Assembly (NCBI RefSeq): GCF_006345805.1
Contig: NW_021835433.1
Coordinates: 1 to 40,019, forward strand
Source of the DNA: Octopus sinensis
Taxonomy: Eukaryota
Length of the DNA: 40,019 nt
Direction: 5' to 3'
Shown: positions 1-13,029 of the stretch, in pieces
How positions within the stretch are numbered: the stretch's first letter is position 1
Layout of the letters: each line of letters begins with the position of its first letter
Notes under the pieces: generated by a model
Told to the model about the DNA's origin: nothing
What the model saw: the letters and a program-made list of their open reading frames with translations, nothing else
Database searches by the model: none
Made by a program: the position numbers and the translations under genes

Positions 1-181
1 CAGAATCTGGTCTACGTGGGTCCAAATACTTGAATGGATGCTGAAGATTGTCTCGGCCCGTTTGCCCCCAGACGGTTGTTTTCTATAGTTATTAACAGTG
101 TATTTTTGGCGATTTAAATAAGAGCTTTGACTGTTATTTCCAGCAGATAGACATACTTAGTATGCCCTTTGATTAATTTTA

Positions 182-183
<2 letters not shown>

Positions 184-221
<38 letters not shown>
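184..221. repeat. (CA)n microsatellite
   Basis: Direct reading. Confidence 0.95.
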
Positions 222-226
<5 letters not shown>

Positions 227-660
227 ATGATGAAGTAAATATATACATTTTTATAAGGATAAGATCATTATTTAAAATACCGATCATGGCCAGCATGGGA
301 ATAAAAACTTTATAGGTAATAATTATTATTAAAATTATAATTAAGGGTATCTGAAAGATATATTGTTGTGTCTGGGGAGAGTCATACTGCTTTACTGCCT
401 TAATATCTAATACACTCACTGGTTTAATTTCCACTCATTTCTCAATGTTTTTTGGGGGGTGGAGCTCTTGAAAATTTTCGTTGCTTTCGCAGCCTTGTCA
501 ATAATAAATAAGTGGAAATTGAATCGGTGAGTGTGTTAGATATTAAGTCATTATGACTCTTTCCAGACACAACAAAATTTGTTCCAACACACCACTTTAC
601 ATAAAGAATCTTGCAAACCAGATAAAGAAACGAAATATATATATATATATATATATATAG

Positions 661-1046
661 GCTTACCAACCACTTGGTTCCGGGTTCAGTCCCACTGCGT
701 GGCACCTTGAGCAATTTTCTTCTACTATAGCCCCGGGCCGACCAAAGCCTTGTGAGTGGATTTGGTAGACGGAAACTGAAAGAAGCCCGCCGCATATATG
801 TATATATGTATATATGTTTGTATGTGTGTGTGCATATGTTTATGTGTCCGTGTTTATCCCCCCAACATCGCTTGACAACCGATGCTGGTGTGTTTACGTC
901 CCCCGTAACGTAAGTGGTTCGGCAAAAGAGACTGAAAGTACTAGGCTTACAAAGAATAACACCTAGGGTCCATTTGCTCGACTAAAAGGCGGTGCTCCAG
1001 CATAGCCACAGTCAAATGACAGAAGCAAGTAAAAGAGATAGAAGAG
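661..1046 (+). mobile_element. tRNA-derived SINE, family A, 5'-truncated
   Basis: B-box-like GGGTTCAGTCCC, body GGCACCTTGAGCAA...GGAAACTGAAAGAAGCCCG, internal (TA)/(TG) tract, tail GCGGTGCTCCAGCATAGCCACAGTCAAATGAC; matches about 11 other copies in the window. Confidence 0.9.
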
Positions 1047-1344
1047 ATATGTGAGAGTGTGTGTGTGTGTGTATGTGTGTGTGTGTGTGAGAGAGAGAGG
1101 GACAGACAGACAGACAGACAGAGACAGAGACACTGCTCTCATTTAGTTCATTGATTCAGAGTTAGCTTGAAGAGACACCTTGAAGTCCCCTTAAATCAAT
1201 GAACTATATGTGTTATGAACACATATTCTGAAGACGGGATGAACCGTTGACTGCAAAGGAAATACAAGGATCAACATTTTCACGCTCGAATCTTCTGATC
1301 GTATTGAGAATTAAAAGACGCGTTATTGCATAATATACATTTTA

Positions 1345-1515
1345 TCTTTCACTTGTCCCACTCATTAGAATGCAACCATTCTAGGGCATCTCCTTGAAAA
1401 TGTTTTAATGGAATGAATTGCCCCAGCTACTTAGATTTGTTTTAAGCCGGTTAGGTTACGAGGACGTAAACACATCAGCACCGATTTTCAAGTATATGCG
1501 GGAAACGAACACAGA
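1345..1515 (-). mobile_element. Old degraded SINE family A 3' part
   Basis: GGACGTAAACACATCAGCACCGATTTTCAAG resembles the reverse complement of the CTTGACAACCGATGCTGGTGTGTTTACGTCC module. Confidence 0.6.
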
Positions 1516-1623
1516 CGCAGTGATACACGCATACATGCGCCCGTACATGCACACACACAATACACACACACTCACACACACACTCACAATACACACACAC
1601 ATATATATATGTCATATACATAT

Positions 1624-1663
<40 letters not shown>

Positions 1664-1677
1664 TGTGTTCTGATACT

Positions 1678-1885
1678 TATGTCAGTCATTTGATTGTGGC
1701 CATGATGGAGCACTGCCCTGAATGGCTTTAGTTGGACAAATCGACTTATTCTTTTAAAGTCTACTATTTATTCCATCGGTCTCTTTTGCCGAACCGCTAC
1801 GTTACGGAGCGGTAACACAACACCGTTAGTCTAGGGGCGATAGGGTGGGGGACAAATAGACACAAAGATACATATACACGTAGTT

Positions 1886-1976
<91 letters not shown>

Positions 1977-2136
1977 CGACAAGCTTCTTTCAGTGTCCGT
2001 ATACCAAATTCACCCACAAGTCTTTGGTTTGTCCGAGGTTACAGTAGAAGATACTTGACCAAGGTGTACGCAGTTGAATTGAACCCGGAACCATGCAGTT
2101 GGGAAGCAAGCTTCTTATTACACAGCCATGTCTGCA
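1678..2136 (-). mobile_element. SINE family A, diverged full-length copy with internal (TATC)n
   Basis: Tail CAGTCATTTGATTGTGGCCATG at left, head GAACCCGGAACCATG...ACACAGCC at right. Confidence 0.85.
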
Positions 2137-2669
2137 GCTATATGATATGTGTATGTGTGTGCATGTCTGTGTGTATGAATGTAAGTGTGTGTGTGTCTGT
2201 GTGCCTATGCACACAATACCTTCTTTCCGCCTGTATAAGTTTATTTGTATTTTTCCACAGAATTACCGCCCACACTGAAATCAACACCCCCAATACGTCT
2301 CTCTTTCCCTTAATTGAAACGTCGTAACTTTTCAGTGCTGGCTCTGAACTCTATAGAAAATCTGTAGATATAAATTAATCACTCGCTCATTCAACTTTCA
2401 CTTTCACTTCACTTTTCCACCTCTTTCTTTCTTTCTTTCTTTCTTTTTTTTCTTTCTTTCTTTCTTTCTTTCTCATTATATCTCTCCTCTTGCTTCATTC
2501 TTTTTAATAGACTTCTTTTCATACCTCAACGCTCACAAACATTAGTCCTTGCAGTTTCCTATTGTCTTACGGGTATACTCTAAAAAAAAACAACAAACAA
2601 AAATAACAAAACAAAACAACTGCTCACGTTTTCTTTATATATATATTTATATATATATAAATATGTATG

Positions 2670-2701
<32 letters not shown>

Positions 2702-2816
2702 ACACCATTCCCATCCCTTCTTATTCACACCCTAGCCTTATAACAATGTCTGTGTCGCCTCCTTTTCACCCTCCTCATCGGCCTCCTCTTCCTCCTTCTC
2801 CTCCACCTCCTAATCA

Positions 2817-2855
<39 letters not shown>
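2817..2855. repeat. (TAC)n microsatellite
   Basis: Direct reading. Confidence 0.9.
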
Positions 2856-2857
<2 letters not shown>

Positions 2858-3747
2858 TACTCTTTCTCTTTTCTTGATACATCGGTTCTTACGTTTCTGT
2901 ATTGTTCCACTGTTCCCCAAGTTTTTTTCATTCTGTCTAATACACTTATTTTCATTCCACACCACCTTCTTCCCAAATTCATTCATTCATGGATGTATTC
3001 ATTCATTCATTCATTCATTTATTCATTCATTCCTTCCTTTTGATTCATTAATGCATCGACTCATTTTTGTATCTATTTTTAATGAACACATACCCACACG
3101 CACGTGTCTACATATATATATATATATATATATACATACATGCACACATATGTACGTGTGTATATATGTTTACATATATGTATATATGTATATGTATATC
3201 TATATACACACATGCACGTGTGCGAGCATGCGTTTGTATGTACACACACACACGGAGACATACAAATATACAGACTTATAAATATAAACAAGACCCTCGT
3301 GGAAGCAATCAAGCATGAGATAATACAAATACACGCTGAACCACTCATATACGCGCACACAGAGCTACATAAACATCTCCATCTATATAACATACATAAA
3401 CACATGTATGTATATATGTATGTATGTATGCATGAACATATATATGTATAAAGATCACAATTATCTACCAATCGGAGTGAAAATATATACACAGGCACAC
3501 ATGTGTCCTGTATATATCCTACATTTACACTTGTTAACAAGCATACACTAGGCAAACACACACAACACATACATACATTTATAAGTATGCCATAAAACAG
3601 TAAAATACTTATAAATAAAAAGTAGACATGGTATAGATACAAACACCTAAAGAAGGCGGACATTGCCCACAAGCATATATTTGTTTTAGACTGGAAGTTG
3701 GACATAAATTCATTTCAATGAACAATATATAAAATATATTGATTTGT

Positions 3748-4655
3748 CCCATCGTCAGGGGGGACGCATATTTTCAAAGAACTGTAGTGTTACCGACATC
3801 GTCATAAGGGATTTCTTATTTGTAGAGAGTGGCAATGTCTACGACATTTCGATGACTACTTTAGATATTTGCAGGTAATAGGAATGGCTATCATATCATT
3901 ACAAAGACTCGGAAATAACAGTGTCAATCACAGCATTGCAAAGACACTCACATACTTAAACACGTTTAGGAGAATCAATTACACCATCGCAAGGACTCAC
4001 ATATATGCAGAAATTTGAAAAGCCCATAGACTTCATAACAAGGAGTCGCATATTTTGAGGCAATGGGAGAGTCAACAACATCATCGCAAGAACTCACATA
4101 TTTGAAGGCAGAGCGAAAGTCAATGATTTCATCGTAAGGAAACGTTTGCAGGCCCTAACAGAGTCAATGAATTCGTAGCAAGTACTCACATGAATACAGA
4201 AATTGGGAAAGGAGTTACATATTGTGAGGCAATGGGAGAGTCAATAATATCATCGCAAGAACTCACATACTTGAAGGCAGAGCGAAAATCAATGACTTGA
4301 TCGCAAGGAAACGTTTTGCTGGCGCTAACAGAGTCAATGAATTCGTTGCAAGGACTTGTGAGGCAATGGGTTAGTCGATGAAATCTTCATAACTGCTGAC
4401 ATGCATGCAGTGGGAGACCAAATAACATAATCGCAAGGAAACACATTGGCAGAATTGGGAGTATCAATAAGAGTATCACAGGGACATACATGCATGCAAT
4501 GGGAGGCTCGATGACATCATCATACGGACATACATTTGTCGGTAATGAAAACGTCAGTATCATCATATGGAATCACATAATTCCGGGTAGTGGAAGATTC
4601 AATGACATCTGCGGAAGGACATATACTTGCAAGAAATTGTATAATCAATAATAAT
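3748..4655. repeat. Degenerate ~48-bp minisatellite array with ~169-bp higher-order duplication
   Basis: Unit GGCAATGGGAGAGTCAACAACATCATCGCAAGAACTCACATATTTGAA recurs; block starting at 4041 is repeated from 4210. Confidence 0.85.
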
Positions 4656-5013
4656 AGTGCATCGATATAATAATATAAGTAGCGTCCGTATTACTGATTA
4701 CATCGAAGTCACCCAGAATGCATTAGAAACTAGATTTGAGAAATAATCCCTTGTTTTTGTTTCTTTCGCTATTAGTGCACAACATAATGTCTTATATTCT
4801 TTATATTTATGTCGTAACCTTTACTTTATTTAGATATAAATATAGAGTAAAGCTTATTTGTCAACGTAAAAAGGCAGTCTTGATTAAGACCAATATTGCT
4901 GTTATTTGGCCCCAGGAAAACATCATCTCCAGCTGGCTATCAACGTATTTACTGCGTTCTTATATTTTCGAACATGGGAGCTAGCATCTCCACTCAGTTC
5001 AAACTAATATCTA

Positions 5014-5053
5014 TGTAGCAATGGTTTCTGGGTTATTTCTCTTCATCAGTACA
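5014..5053 (-). ncRNA. Decayed minimal type I hammerhead motif (Penelope pLTR-like remnant)
   Basis: Minus strand TGTA-CTGATGA-agagaaataaccca-GAAA-ccattgc-TACA: core boxes and 4-bp stem I present, stem II and cleavage triplet damaged. Confidence 0.5.
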
Positions 5054-5214
5054 GAATAATCGCTGGGTTAGAGTTGGCGACACCAGTTCTTGTTGGAAGT
5101 ATATAGTTTTCAAAGTGACACACAGTTACTGATCGCATAAACAGAGAAGTTTAACGTTCAGGGATTTAGAACTAATAGTTTCTCTATATAAATACACACA
5201 CACACAACACACAT

Positions 5215-5302
<88 letters not shown>

Positions 5303-5305
5303 GAT

Positions 5306-5348
<43 letters not shown>

Positions 5349-5366
5349 TATATGTGTGTGTGTGTA

Positions 5367-5677
5367 TTCTTTTACTCTTCTGCTCGTTTCAGTCATTTGG
5401 CTGCGGCCATTCTGGGGTACCGCTTTGAAGTGCTTTAGTCGAACAAATGGATCCCAAGATTTCTTTCTTTCAAGCCTAGTACATATTCAATCGGTTTATT
5501 TTGCCGAAATACACACACATACACACATGCTCACACACATCCACGCACACATACACACATATTCAATTGATTGGACTGAGGCTATAGTAGAAGAGACTTT
5601 CCCAAGGTGGCACGCAATAGGACTGAGCCGTGAACCATGGGGTTGGGGAGCAAGCTTCTTACTGCATTGCTACGCCT
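5367..5677 (-). mobile_element. SINE family A, diverged, internally deleted
   Basis: GTTTCAGTCATTTGGCTGCGGCCAT tail and GCTATAGTAGAAGAGACTTTCCCAAGG body. Confidence 0.8.
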
Positions 5678-5960
5678 TTATCTCAGATTTAGTGTGGAAG
5701 GTGAAATAGTTACATATTACAAGAGTCATGTTACCAGATTACGTCACGGATGTGTAACGAAAGGTGCTTTTAAGGTTATCGCAGTAGATTTTCTATAAAA
5801 TACACGGCCAACTCAGTGACCTACGGCGTTTCTTTCCTTGAATTCTAAGGAAAATCTATAGAGATTACCTTAAAAATGAAATTAAGCTCTGCTAATACAT
5901 AGTAAGACACAGAAATGACTTACAAACCTATATAGCATACTTAGTAGCATAATATGTTAC

Positions 5961-6118
5961 AGGAGAGGCTGTGTGGTAAGTAGCTTGCTTACCAACCACA
6001 TGGTTCCGGGTTCAGTCCCACTGCGTGGCACCTTGTGCAAGTGTCTTCTACTATAGCCTCGGGCCGACCAAAGCTTTGTGAGTGGATTTGGTAGACGGAA
6101 CTTGCAAGAAGCCCGTCG

Positions 6119-6207
<89 letters not shown>

Positions 6208-6417
6208 ACGTGCGTGTGGTGTGTTTGTGTGTCTTTTTGTCTCCCCAACATCGCTTGACAACCGATGCTGGTGTGTTTACGTCCCCATAACTTAGCGGTT
6301 CGGCAAAAAGAGACCGATAGAATAAGTACTGGCTTACAAAGAATAAGTCCTGGAGTCGATTTACTCGACTAAAAGGCGGTGCTCCAGCATGGCCGCAGTC
6401 AAATGACTGAAATGAGT
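5961..6417 (+). mobile_element. SINE family A, full length
   Basis: A-box-like GGCTGTGTGGTAAG, B-box-like GGGTTCAGTCCC, internal (TA)n(TG)n, tail hairpin CAGTCA-AA-TGACTG. Confidence 0.93.
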
Positions 6418-6707
6418 AGTGGTAGTGGTGGTAGTCGTGGTGGCTGGCACTTCCGATGGTTGCAATTGTAGTAGTGCTTGTGTTCGGGATAGTGGTAGCT
6501 CCGAAATGGTAATTGCAGTAGTTGTGGTTGTGGTTGTGGTTATGGTTGCGGTGGTGGTAATTGTAGAAAACTGGTTGTAGTGGCCAGTGTTGCTGTTGTT
6601 ATGGTTGTAATGGTGATGGTTGTAGTACCGGTGAATGTAAAAGAAAATACAATTGGTAGCAGTTGTAGTCGTGGCAGGTGTTGGCGTCATTGTAGCTACG
6701 TTGGTAT

Positions 6708-6783
<76 letters not shown>

Positions 6784-6810
6784 TGTAGTAGTTGTAGTGG
6801 CGGTGGCGGC
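6415..6810. repeat. (GTA)n/(GTG)n low-complexity tract with pure (GTA)n at ~6707-6782
   Basis: Direct reading. Confidence 0.9.
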
Positions 6811-7042
6811 AGCGACAGCTAGGTCAGGTATTCGAAACGATCGTGAAAACACACATATACGCAAACGCATAGACACATAAATAATATTTCCTTATACATA
6901 CGTAGTCCATCACGCAAACACACATATACACACATTCTGATACACACATATACCTACATGCAGGTATACACATACGTATACATACATCATATAACCCATA
7001 TGCACTAACTTATATATACACATATAGAAACATGCATATGTG

Positions 7043-7109
<67 letters not shown>

Positions 7110-7216
7110 CATACATACCATATATATATATATATATATATTACATACACAGATACACACATACAAGCACAAAAAAATAAACACTATATACACATGATTC
7201 CATAATATATATATAA

Positions 7217-7275
<59 letters not shown>

Positions 7276-7456
7276 TAATAATATATACATATACATATAC
7301 AAACAACCCACGCACACACACAAATAGATTCATAGATGTCCATAAATGCACATTTACGCATACACATTTGTGCATACTCACATGCACTAGCCAAGGATAT
7401 ACATTGAAGCATTCACTTATACACTCATATACAAACGCAACACACACACACATACA

Positions 7457-7534
<78 letters not shown>

Positions 7535-7814
7535 GCATACGCGCACATATATTACGCAGATAAACATACAAACACACACAGATATATACATGCAGTCACA
7601 CATACATACATACATACACACAGACACGCGCGCCCCCCACTAATATAAATGAAGAAATAAAAATGAGAGTGTGTGTAAGCAAGCGTTACATGAGCGGTTT
7701 ATGTTCCGTCAAAATTACCCGGATGTACAATTGAACAAGTCTCAAACAATGGCGGATTAATGAAGACACTGTTCATTAATACAGGTTTTTTTTGAATTAC
7801 TGAAACTGGACTCT

Positions 7815-8870
7815 CTTCACCACCACCATCACTACCACCACCATTGCCACTAATACCGCCAACACCAATACCACCACCACTAGCACTGCCCGCAATAACA
7901 ACCCCGATCACCACTACCACCACGACAACTACCACCACTACAACAACAACAATACCAACAACTGCCACCACCACCACCTCCAACACCACAACTCCCACCT
8001 CCAACACTACCACCACCTCCAAGACCACCACCAACCTCCAAGACCACCACCAACCTCCAAGACCACCACCAACCTCCAAGACCACCACCAACCTCCAAGA
8101 CCACCACCAACCTCCAAGACCACCACCAACCTCCAAGACCACCACCACCACCACCACCTCCAACACCACCACCAACCTCCAACATTACCATCAGCACCTC
8201 GAACACGACCACCTCGACCAATACTGGCACCACCATTATCCATTATCCGCCCACCACCACAATAACCACCGACACCACTGTAACAACCATCACCATCACC
8301 ACCAACACCACCACCACCATTACCATTATCACTATCACTGCCACAGCAACAACAATACCCACAACCACTAATATCACGCTAACACAAACTGAACTACCAA
8401 TACTACGCCAACAACTACCTCCTAACTACCATACTACTACCGATACTATACACCTACTACTATAACAACAAACATAACAACAATTATGTTAACCAATATC
8501 GAATACCACTACAATCTCAACCACCACACCAGAACAAACGTCATCAGCGGTACTATTTCGGTTACCTCCAGAACTACAGAAACAAGCACCGCACCATCAA
8601 GCACCGCACCATCAAGCACCACCACCACTAATGCTATGCTTACCTCTGTCTAAACAACCAATTCGACCATAGCACTTACAACCAAAATACACCACGACAC
8701 CACCACTACCGCCATCGCCGCCACAAATACCACCACCACCACCACCAGCAATGGTATTATACCCACTGCTACCACCGCTGGTATTATAGCCACTGCTACC
8801 ACAAGCATCATTACCCCACCAGCGTCATCACTAGACCCCACGGCCTCCACCATCATCACCATCACCGTTA
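7815..8870. repeat. (ACC)n/(ACT)n low-complexity region containing a 19-bp tandem repeat (CCACCACCAACCTCCAAGA, ~6 copies, ~8024-8137)
   Basis: Direct reading. Confidence 0.9.
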
Positions 8871-9289
8871 TTACTTCTATTTAGCGCAATCTGTACTATT
8901 GTCCGTCTACCAGAATGTGGGTGTCCAATAGACTAAGCAACGTTACTATACTTAAATCACTGCACTTCTATTTTGGTTGTTGCCATCTCAACCATACCAC
9001 CATTACCACAGCCGTTACTACAATAGCAACACAATCACCCCTACTTAACCACTCACATCTCAACATGCCCTCAATATCAAAATGCTTAAGGGCGGCCATA
9101 ATATTTTGCATCACCTGCACTACTATCATAACCAACATGGCCAATAATGACGCCATCTACTAAGAAACGAACCAAGTTTCTAACATAAACCTCAAATACA
9201 CACACAGACATACACACGCGCACACACACACACTTACACCCGCTCACGCACACTGCCATACATGTAGTTGTGTCTGTATTGTTGGAAGC

Positions 9290-9930
9290 GGTGCGTAGCC
9301 CTCTCTATTTCGTCTTCTTTTAGGAGCTGAAGGGTTCCAGGTGGTAAGGATTACCACATATGTGACATATAAGATGTCTTCCCCCCATCATGACTTATAG
9401 TTATCTCCCATTCGGCAGTTAAAATTATATCCGGTATCTTTTTGTTTAAGGGTTCTAGTTTCAGTTGTGATAGGATTTCCAGTCCTATTCTGGACTCTTT
9501 CTTCTGTTTATATATTTTAACCGCCCAAAGAGTATCACTTCCCTCCAAAGCGATGCACATCCTTATCCACCAATTTAAGTCTCTAGTGCCATACAAGATA
9601 TCTTCACCCTCACTATCCATCTTTACACATACAAGTGTAAATGAAAACGAATTCCCTAGACGTACAAGAGAATAATGAATACTTCACTGCGTGCTTCCTT
9701 CAGGAAGGGTCGGAGCTTGGTGTTAAGTGTACGTCTATCCATATCCATATTCATCGCAAGCGCCTTTTTACTTGGACTTGTGTGGGCAGTTCAAAGCAAC
9801 GGGTTTTGACCGACACACACCTGCAAACTATTGTACCTCTAATAGTCTTTTCCAGTACTTCTGGAAGCATTTCTAATGCAATTATTTGTTCATCAAATTT
9901 TTTTTCAAATTTTATCTATAAAGAAGGAAC
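9290..9930 (-). mobile_element. Decayed non-LTR retrotransposon ORF1-like fragment with degenerate zinc knuckle
   Basis: Minus strand 9326-9367 encodes CHICGNPYHLEPFS (CX2CX4HX4C with last Cys as AGC); upstream frames read like protein (LEMLPEVLEKTIRGTIVCR, LNKKIPDIIL) but contain stops and frameshifts. Confidence 0.5.
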
Positions 9931-10064
9931 TAAGAGGATTAGTTATTACAAACACACAAACACACACACACATATTCATATATATATTTATGCATATACA
10001 TGCTTTTGTAAAAATTACTTGATACAGTCGCAATAATCGAAGATTTTTTAAAAGTGATTCAATA

Positions 10065-10105
10065 GTGAGTGGATTTGATAGACGGAAACTGAAAGAAGCC
10101 CGTCG

Positions 10106-10142
<37 letters not shown>

Positions 10143-10358
10143 CTGTGCTTGTCTCCCTAACATTGCTTGACAACCGATGCTGGTGTGTTTACGTCCCCGT
10201 CACTTAGCGGTTCGGCAAAAGAGACCGAAAGTATAAGTACTGGGCTTACAAAAGAATAAGTCCCGGGGTCGATTTGCTCGATTAAAAGGCGGTGCTCCAG
10301 CATGGCCACAGTCAAATGATTGAAACGAGTAAAAGAGTAAAAAAAGAGTAAAAGAGAG
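10065..10358 (+). mobile_element. SINE family A, 5'-truncated
   Basis: Starts at GTGAGTGGATTTG, ends in (GAGTAAAA)n tail. Confidence 0.9.
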
Positions 10359-10606
10359 ATGTCACTAACTTTCGTGGAAGAAATTTGCGTATAGAGTGTA
10401 TTTTGTATCTAGTGTGTATTTTGTGTGTAAGCGCTTTCGTAGTTCAACTTTTTTAACACTCGTTTTCAGTCTAATGCGCATAGAGTCAGTTAAATTAGTG
10501 GTGGTGTTGACTATTTTAGCCTTTATTTTGTAAAAAGAGAATATGGATTTCCATTTGCACAAATGTTTATATATGAAACATTTCTAAGAAATGAATCTAG
10601 TTTATA

Positions 10607-10735
10607 TGGGTGTCCCAAAAGTCGTAACATTTCGAAATTGAATTTTTACTCGCCAAGTACTAAAAAACACAAAAAAATTATTCCTCAAATAAAGACATTA
10701 TTTTCAAGACTTTCTACGAACTTTTGGACAACCTT
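10607..10735. mobile_element. Short Tc1/mariner-type MITE
   Basis: Imperfect TIRs GGGTGTCCCAAAAGTCGTA / TACGAACTTTTGGACAACC with TA flanks. Confidence 0.6.
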
Positions 10736-11522
10736 ATATTTTGGATAATCGCCACATCCTTCGTTTTTCGGCTTTGAAAGCAGGAGGTTTGGACATTTTT
10801 ACAGTTAGTACCAATTTGAAAATCACTATGTCTACACGTTTTAACATTTCTAAGAGATGAATCTTTAATTTGTTGTTAAGTCACGTTACATGACTGGTTA
10901 GTTTTGTTCCTGTTTCTCCAATGTAATTCTCATTGCATTGTGAGCATGTGGTGTGGTGTAGTAGATCAGACATTTTATTTTGCATTTCATGTTTGCATTC
11001 ACATTCAATTCCTTCTCATTCTTGAATCTTTTAGTTGTTTCTTCTTCAAGTACTCCACATTTTGTTACCTGGATTCTTTCTTTCTCCAAGGTGAATTTCG
11101 CTTTAGTTAGGGTTCTCTTGAGACTTGGCGGTTGTCTTCGACTGTTGATGATTTGTGATTTTAAAAATTATTTGTCGGAGATTTGTTGACTGATATAAAA
11201 TTGAGAGGTATCGTTGGCTGAATGTAGTATGTTGTGATTCCTGGGATTATGAGCGACAACAAATAGAACAGTTATATTTGTGTTTGTTTTCAAACGCAGT
11301 AGTTAGAGTGTTTCTCCGTAAAGCAGAAATCAGGATTTCTTTTGCTTTGATTATGGTTTAGGAAGCCCGTGATCTATGATGAAACACGGAAGCAATCTGC
11401 ACAACAGTTTTAAAATTTTGAAATGTAGCTCTTCACCAGTGTAGCAAAACTTATCTCCTTTCTGAGTGAAATAAAATTCACATCTTTTCGTCGGTCTAAA
11501 AGCAAATAAATAAAATTATCAA

Positions 11523-11890
11523 GCGCAGGAGTGGCTGTGTGGTAAGTAGCTTGTTTACCAACCACATGGTTCCGGGTTCAGTCCCACTGCGTGGCACCTT
11601 GGGCAAGTGTCTTCTACTATAGCCCGTTGTATATATGTATATATATATATGCGTGTGTGTTTGTGTATGTGTTTGTCCCCCTAGTATTGCTTGACAACCG
11701 ATGCTGGTGTGTTTATGTCCCCGTTACTTAGCGGTTCGGCAAAAGAGAACGATAGAATAAGTACTGGGCTTACAAAAAGAATAAGTCCCGGGGTCGAGTT
11801 GCTCGATTAAAGGCGGTGCTCCAGCATGGCCGCAGTCAAATGACTGAAACAAGTAAATGAGTAAATGAGTAAATGAGTAAATGAGTAAAT
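11523..11890 (+). mobile_element. SINE family A with internal deletion and (GTAAATGA)n tail
   Basis: Complete head GCGCAGGAGTGGCTGTGTGGTAAG; lacks the GACCAAAGCC...GAAAGAAG segment. Confidence 0.92.
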
Positions 11891-12579
11891 ATATTAAAGA
11901 TGCATGTATTTACTTAATTATTTTATTGCGCTAAAACTAGTTTGTATTGGGTGTGTTTTGAGGATAATGCCGCTACATCATTCATTTTTCGGCTTTGAAC
12001 GCAGGAGGTTTGGACATTTTTGCAGTTATTATTAATTAGAAAACCAGCATGTCTGCACGTTTTAAGAGACAAAATGCACCATTAACAAGACCATAGTTGA
12101 ATATGCATACCTTTAAAGTTTATTTGCTTTTATACAGTCCTTAGAAACCAGGACCATGTCATCAAACAGCTGATAAAGTGAAAATACAGATAATTTTGGA
12201 GAACGCTTTTTCTCACCCCGTAGTCACCAACTTTTTTCTATTGATTGTAAAGATAACACATCTAAAACTCAACTCGTTCTTCAAGCTGTGGACACTGCAG
12301 TAGAGTTGACATTGATAAACTACTTGTTGAGCGAGGCCTTCTTGAAACGTCTAAAATTGCAATGATGATCAAAGTGCAAAACAGCAGAGCATCATAGCTC
12401 TACAATCTCACAACGTAATAATAACAAGTTATCAGTTCTAACTCAACGCCCAAGTCCATAACATGAAGCTCATCTGTCATCTACAACAGATAAATAAAAT
12501 TATAAATATACAGCATTAACTTCTAATTTCTACATTGTAATATTAAATGACATTCTAAAATATATAATTCAGTTTTATA

Positions 12580-12957
12580 CAGTTACATGGAACCAGAGCC
12601 GTGATCTCTCATTACGGAGAAGTATCAGCTCTACCTGGACAGACTCTCTGATCGGCAAACTACGCACGTTCTAATCGCTTGCTCTGTACTAATGTCATGT
12701 GGTTTGAATACAAGAAAAAAGAATCGGAGATGGGTACATCAAGCAGAGCCGACCGACAGGAGACCTAGGGTTACAGCGAGAACAAGATGGTTGATTAATG
12801 TCCATCATCTCAGCTGGTCATAACTGGGAATCTAGCCAGAAAGTCTAATGATTGTTGCTTCTCATAAGACCCTCACAAGGAAGTGTTTGAGAATTCTATT
12901 TCCAAGACACCCCTAAGAATAGTGGGCGGGGAAGATGGATAGATAGATGGATGGATA
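12580..12957 (+). mobile_element. RTE-clade LINE 3' end (decayed RT C-terminus plus (GATG)n tail)
   Basis: Translates to ...HQAEPTDRRPRVTARTRWLINVHHLSWS*LGI*PESLMIVAS...LFPRHP*, resembling the RTE/Expander C-terminal RRPRGRPRTRW...W.RLGI.PE.L motif, followed by GATGGATAGATAGATGGATGGAT. Confidence 0.75.
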
Positions 12958-13029
12958 ATTTGTTATATGGTATTTTTAATATTTTCTTTAATTTCGTTTC
13001 GGTTTATCATGTTAAGTGTATATATTACC

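Noticed and set aside
1225-1300. Hammerhead starting CTGAAGA at ~1228
   Set aside because: No GAAA in register and no convincing stem I; too degenerate to call
3748-4655. CRISPR-like array
   Set aside because: Units are contiguous and degenerate with no constant repeat plus unique spacer pattern; eukaryotic context and no cas genes
7844-8371. Mucin-like Thr/Pro/His-rich ORF (175 aa)
   Set aside because: Built from (ACC)n and a 19-bp repeat that cycles through frames; no signal peptide or domain, and open on several frames as expected for low-complexity DNA
10898-11460. Minus-strand protein-like stretch
   Set aside because: Multiple stops and no recognisable domain
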